DNA of 64,000 bases, from assembly GCA_963816145.1 (NCBI GenBank), contig CAWFJP010000004.1, positions 512,001 to 576,000 on the forward strand, in the 5' to 3' direction. The position numbers and the translations under genes are program-made. Each line of letters starts with the position of its first letter. The stretch's first letter is position 1. Under the pieces are notes generated by a model. The model made no database searches. It was not told the origin of the DNA and worked only from the letters and a program-made list of their open reading frames with translations. This DNA is from an uncultured delta proteobacterium (lineage in GTDB: Bacteria; Desulfobacterota; Binatia; UBA9968). Positions 60,097 through 64,000 of the stretch are shown piece after piece.

Positions 60097-61209
60097 ATGG
60101 CTGGCGTCGTCGATGCGGATACACATATTATCGAACATCCTGGGATGTGGGAGCTCTTTGACCCGAAACTTTATCCACGTCGACCGGTATTGGCGTCGAC
60201 CACCGATAACAGTGTCTACGGACATAACAACCAGGTCTGGTTGATCGATGGCGTGGCCGTGCCCAAGCGCTTTGGCAAAGGCAGTGCCATTGTCGCCGTG
60301 GGTGGGTCCGACGCGGAAGAGGCGCGCACGGACATTGCAAAGGCGGTGCGCTACATCACCGACGCCACCGCGCGGGTAAGAGACATGGACATGCGCGGCG
60401 TCGACGCTGAAGTCGTATTTCCGACCCTGTTACTGGGTTACCTGCCGGTGGAGGTCGACCTGGAGGTGGCCATCTGCGCTGCCTACAACCGTTACCTGGC
60501 AAAAGCCTGGGAACAGGGCGGCGATCGCTTGCGCTGGGTTGTCGTCCCACCGCTGCGGGACATACAGGCTTCGGTGCGCGAGATCGAAACCGCGCGTGAC
60601 CACGGCGCGGTGGGCGTGTTCTTTCGCGGCGTAGAGGGGGAGCGCTCCCTGGCAGAGTCGTATTTTTTTCCGGTGTACGAGGCCGCCAACCGGTTGGGTA
60701 TGGCCATTTGCATTCACACCGGCGCCGGTGCGCCGGAAATCACTAAAGTCTTTGACCGCAGCTTCAGCCACAACTTGCCGCACGTGCGCTCGCTGCCGCT
60801 GTTCGCCTTTCGCGACCTCGTGGCGCACAAAATTCCCGAACGCTTCCCGGAACTGCGGTTTGGCTTCATCGAGGCGTCGGCCTCCTGGGTACCCTACGTG
60901 CTACACCACCTCCAACGGTCCAGCGGCGCCAAACTCAACTCCGGCGGCGACGCCGATGCAGCCATGGAGTGGGGTCCGAAGCTATTCAGAGACTACCGGC
61001 TCTACGTTGCCGCCGAGGCGGACGAAGACCTGGCCTATCTCCTGACTCATATTGGCGAAGACAACATGATCATGGGCTCGGATTACGGCCACCAGGATCA
61101 ATCCAAAGAAGATGGTATGGTGGGTGTGATGCGGCGCAAGAAAAGCATAGCGCCGGCGGTGATCGAAAAAATTCTCTGCGACAACCCGCGTCGCTTCTAC
61201 GGACTGTAG
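60097..61209 (+). CDS. Amidohydrolase_2 family protein (decarboxylase/hydratase-like)
   Basis: DADTH, ICIH, FIEA and GSDYGH motifs. Confidence 0.9.
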   Translation: MAGVVDADTHIIEHPGMWELFDPKLYPRRPVLASTTDNSVYGHNNQVWLIDGVAVPKRFGKGSAIVAVGGSDAEEARTDIAKAVRYITDATARVRDMDMRGVDAEVVFPTLLLGYLPVEVDLEVAICAAYNRYLAKAWEQGGDRLRWVVVPPLRDIQASVREIETARDHGAVGVFFRGVEGERSLAESYFFPVYEAANRLGMAICIHTGAGAPEITKVFDRSFSHNLPHVRSLPLFAFRDLVAHKIPERFPELRFGFIEASASWVPYVLHHLQRSSGAKLNSGGDADAAMEWGPKLFRDYRLYVAAEADEDLAYLLTHIGEDNMIMGSDYGHQDQSKEDGMVGVMRRKKSIAPAVIEKILCDNPRRFYGL

Positions 61210-61283
61210 CGGGGGAGGCTGTTCGGGGCACATTGGAAGGTTCGAGTAGATATGGCATTATTGTTATCGGCCGGAGGCGAGTT

Positions 61284-61475
61284 ATGACAAGTTCTGCAAA
61301 GGCGATTTTGGATTCCTTCGATGCGCTTCCTGATACCGAGAAACGGGACGTTGTGCGTGCCATACTCCAGCGCGCCCTGCGCTTGGATTCACCGCCTCTT
61401 ACTGATGAAGAGCTGGTGGCACAAGCCGAAGATATTTTTCTCGAGTTAGACAAGCGCGAAGCCGCGGATGGCTAA
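61284..61475 (+). CDS. Putative antitoxin
   Basis: GGAGG RBS, 63 aa with an acidic C-terminus, stop overlaps the toxin start. Confidence 0.7.
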   Translation: MTSSAKAILDSFDALPDTEKRDVVRAILQRALRLDSPPLTDEELVAQAEDIFLELDKREAADG

Positions 61476-61900
61476 AGCAAATCGCGGCGAAGTTTGGATC
61501 GTCGACTTGGGTTTGGCCGCTAACTCCGTCCTTGTTTGGTTCTCAGTGTTCCTTTTTCCGATCAAGAACGCTCACTTAATACAGCAGTTGCTCATACTAC
61601 GAGTCCTCGGGGTGGCGATTTGAAGTCACAGTGCGCGCGATGTTTCTAAAAGCGGGTGTCTTCGATGCGCAGAATCTCGTGACCATCCCAGAAGCCAGAT
61701 TGATTCGGCGCGTCGGTGCGCTTCGAGCGGAAGATCTGAAATCGGTGGAAGCCTCGGTACGAGCTTGGCTTGGCCTTCAATCGGCGCCGCCCCCCAATAT
61801 TGTTGCTCCACTGTGCAGTCGATGCCCCGCGAAGGCGAACCGAGTACTCCACTTGATCGCTTCATGCTGTGGCGCGCAGCATGCGTGGGTAGCCCAGTAA
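61468..61900 (+). CDS. PemK/MazF-family toxin, frameshifted
   Basis: MAKANRGEVWIVDLG.. / RPCLVLS / ..FDAQNLVTIPEARLIRRVGAL..VEASVRAWLGL; 3' end uncertain. Confidence 0.8.
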
Positions 61901-61977
61901 CTCACAAGTAAAGATGCGACTCTGATGGCGCTGCTGATGGCGCTATTCAGAGACTACCGGCTCTACATTGGAAGAAA

Positions 61978-62211
61978 GGGGTCAGACTTTTACGTCTCGA
62001 CTTTCTTCGTCAGTTTCTCAATCTCCCGCCGCATACCTTCATCCGCTTTCATACGCCCGCTCAACCGGCCAATCAAAGTCCCCAGCGTCGCCGCGTCCCG
62101 CGCGAAATACCGCGCCACTTCGCTTAGAGTCGAACGATCAAGGTCAAATCTGTGTCTTTGATCTTCATCCAGCTTCAATCTACGAAATATCAAAAGTAAA
62201 GATGCGACTCT
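61978..62211 (-). mobile_element. Internally deleted Y1/RAYT-type transposase element with GGGGTCAG-type ends
   Basis: C-terminal HTH-like remnant STLSEVARYFARDAATL...KKVET* directly followed by AAGTCTGACCCC; the other end AGAGTCGCATCTTTAC is an imperfect inverted match. Confidence 0.55.
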
Positions 62212-62309
62212 AATTGCCTGCTCTTGACTACCGCGGACAGGCAAAGGAGAATGCCCGCGCTGGAGCAAAGAGCCGGCAAACTATCTTCTCATGAGCTGAG
62301 GGAGCGGGT

Positions 62310-63500
62310 ATGAGGGACAACATGCGCGGCGCGGCCGCTATCGTCGGGATTGGCGAGCTGAAGCCAGAGCGGACGCGGCCGGGCCGCGATGCGATGAGCT
62401 TGCTGGCTGAGGCGGCGTATCTTGCGATTCAAGATGCTGGGCTGACAAAAGCGGACATCGACGGGATGATCCTGGAAGAGGGCATGACCCCGACCGGGAG
62501 CGGCTACAACCCGAAGATGGCCGAATACATGGGCATCTACCCAACCTTCGCCACCGGCTGTGATGCGCAAGGCGCGGCCGGAGTCACGATGGCGCTGCAG
62601 GCGGCTGCCTACATCAACGCGGGCTTGTGTGACTACGTGCTCTGCGGCATGAGTGCCGCGATAGACGGCTCGCGGCCCCGACGCCCAGCTGGGCCAGGTC
62701 ACACCGAGACGGCTACCTCTGAGTTCGCCGCACCCTTCGGCCCGACCGTGGGGGCGAACGGCTGGTACGCCATGATTGCCAAGCGCTACGAGAAGCTGTA
62801 CGGCGCTACCGTGGAGAAGCGCGCCAAGATCAGCGTGGACCTGCGCTACAACGCCAACCACAATCCGATGGCCATCTGGCACGACGTGCCGATTACGGTC
62901 GACGACGTGGTTAACTCGCGCATCGTGGCAGATCCACTTCATTTATTGGAATGCGTCATGCCCTGCGCCGGGGCTTGCGCGTTCATCGTGACCCGGGCGG
63001 ACATCGCGCGAGGTATGCGCCATAAGCCAGCCTACGTGCTCGGCGGCGCCAACGGCGTGTCGCGCAGCAACCTCACGCACGTCGGCGAGATCACCATCTC
63101 CCCAGTGGGTCGGGCCGCGCGAAAAGCGTTCGCCATGTCGGGCTACGGCCCGTCCGATGTCCAGGTTATGGAGATTTACGACTCATTCACCATCACCGTG
63201 ATGTGTGAGCTGGAAGAGTCCGGCTTCTGCCCGAAGGGCACCGCTGGCGACTGGGTTCAGGAGCACGATTTGACCTTTAAAGGCGATAAGCCACTGAACA
63301 CGCATGGCGGTCAGCTCTCCTATGGCCAGGCGTCAACCGCGGGTGGCTGTGCCCAGGTCACCGAGGCGGTGCGCCAGATCCGTCGCGACGCCGGCGAGCA
63401 CCAGGTACCGGGTCCTACCGATTTGGTCTACGTGACAGGCTCCGGCGGCACCTTCTCCCAGCAGTCGGCGCTGCTGCTAGCGAGCGGCGCAGCACTGTAG
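62310..63500 (+). CDS. Thiolase-family protein (SCP-x/Ltp2-like)
   Basis: PLHLLEC, EIYDSFT and NTHGGQLS motifs. Confidence 0.9.
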   Translation: MRDNMRGAAAIVGIGELKPERTRPGRDAMSLLAEAAYLAIQDAGLTKADIDGMILEEGMTPTGSGYNPKMAEYMGIYPTFATGCDAQGAAGVTMALQAAAYINAGLCDYVLCGMSAAIDGSRPRRPAGPGHTETATSEFAAPFGPTVGANGWYAMIAKRYEKLYGATVEKRAKISVDLRYNANHNPMAIWHDVPITVDDVVNSRIVADPLHLLECVMPCAGACAFIVTRADIARGMRHKPAYVLGGANGVSRSNLTHVGEITISPVGRAARKAFAMSGYGPSDVQVMEIYDSFTITVMCELEESGFCPKGTAGDWVQEHDLTFKGDKPLNTHGGQLSYGQASTAGGCAQVTEAVRQIRRDAGEHQVPGPTDLVYVTGSGGTFSQQSALLLASGAAL

Positions 63501-63580
63501 GGCCGCACTCCTGTCATGCTGAGCCCGCGGGCGAAGCATCCGTAAACCCGAAAAGCCCCAAACACGAAGGAGTCACCGAG

Positions 63581-64000
63581 ATGGCCACTACGAGCGAGTA
63601 CAAGAAGCCTCTTCCTACCCCATCCCACGTCAGCCAGCCATTCTGGGATGCTGCGAAGGAACATCGCCTCACCTACCAACGCTGCACCGCATGTGGAACC
63701 CGGGTTTTCTACCCGCGCGACGTCTGCCCTGGGCCCGAGTGTTTCGGTGTTGGGACGTTGGAGTGGGTCGAGTCTAGCGGGAAGGGTTGGGTCTACGCTT
63801 CCTCGATCTCTTACCAGCCGGCCCACCCGGCGTTCGCTGACGACGTGCCCTACGTGCTCGCCATCATCGAGCTGGACGAGGGCGTGCGCATGCACAGCAA
63901 TGTGGTCGGGATCGATCCGAAAGAAGTCGAGATCGGCATGCGCGTCGAAGTCGTCTGGGACGACGTCACGCCCGAGTTCAGCCTACCGAAGTTCCGCCCA
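63581..64000 (+). CDS. DUF35 Zn-ribbon/OB-fold protein (ChsH2-like), stop outside window (not in ORF track)
   Basis: PFWDAAKEHRL.YQRC..CG...YPR..C...C and VPYVLAIIELDEGVRM motifs; AAGGAG upstream; usual thiolase partner. Confidence 0.9.
   Translation, partial: MATTSEYKKPLPTPSHVSQPFWDAAKEHRLTYQRCTACGTRVFYPRDVCPGPECFGVGTLEWVESSGKGWVYASSISYQPAHPAFADDVPYVLAIIELDEGVRMHSNVVGIDPKEVEIGMRVEVVWDDVTPEFSLPKFRP

Noticed and set aside
61210-61905. TA module as an integron cassette or prophage part
   Set aside because: No convincing attC structure, integrase or phage gene was seen.
1-64000. tRNA or rRNA genes
   Set aside because: None recognised by eye; the GTTCAA matches belong to microsatellite arrays, not T-loops.

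Overview
A GC-rich bacterial chromosomal region devoted to uptake and breakdown of aromatic or heteroaromatic compounds. Gene content and repeat style suggest Candidatus Binatia/Binatota (inference). It holds six Rieske oxygenase alpha subunits, two Gfo/Idh/MocA dehydrogenases, an OphC/Pht5-like decarboxylase, two UbiD enzymes, three bicupins, a LigB-like dioxygenase, a xanthine-dehydrogenase-family MSL operon, two class II aldolases, an amidohydrolase and a thiolase/DUF35 pair. Eleven paralogous Fbp/PotD-type solute-binding proteins (plus one fragment) share a single permease/ATPase pair. Genes missing or only partly captured in the ORF track: a TIR-TPR gene running off the left edge, a frameshifted GIY-YIG nuclease bracketed by CGTC palindromes, a MazF/PemK toxin-antitoxin pair, and a DUF35 gene at the right edge. 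The most unusual signal is intergenic. Most spacers carry one of about eight short repeat families, and these are nested: REP pairs sit inside MITE-like elements, which sit at a fixed position inside another palindrome family. Many 1-2 nt frameshifts look like long-read errors, so pseudogene status is uncertain. All calls come from reading the sequence by eye; no database search was run.
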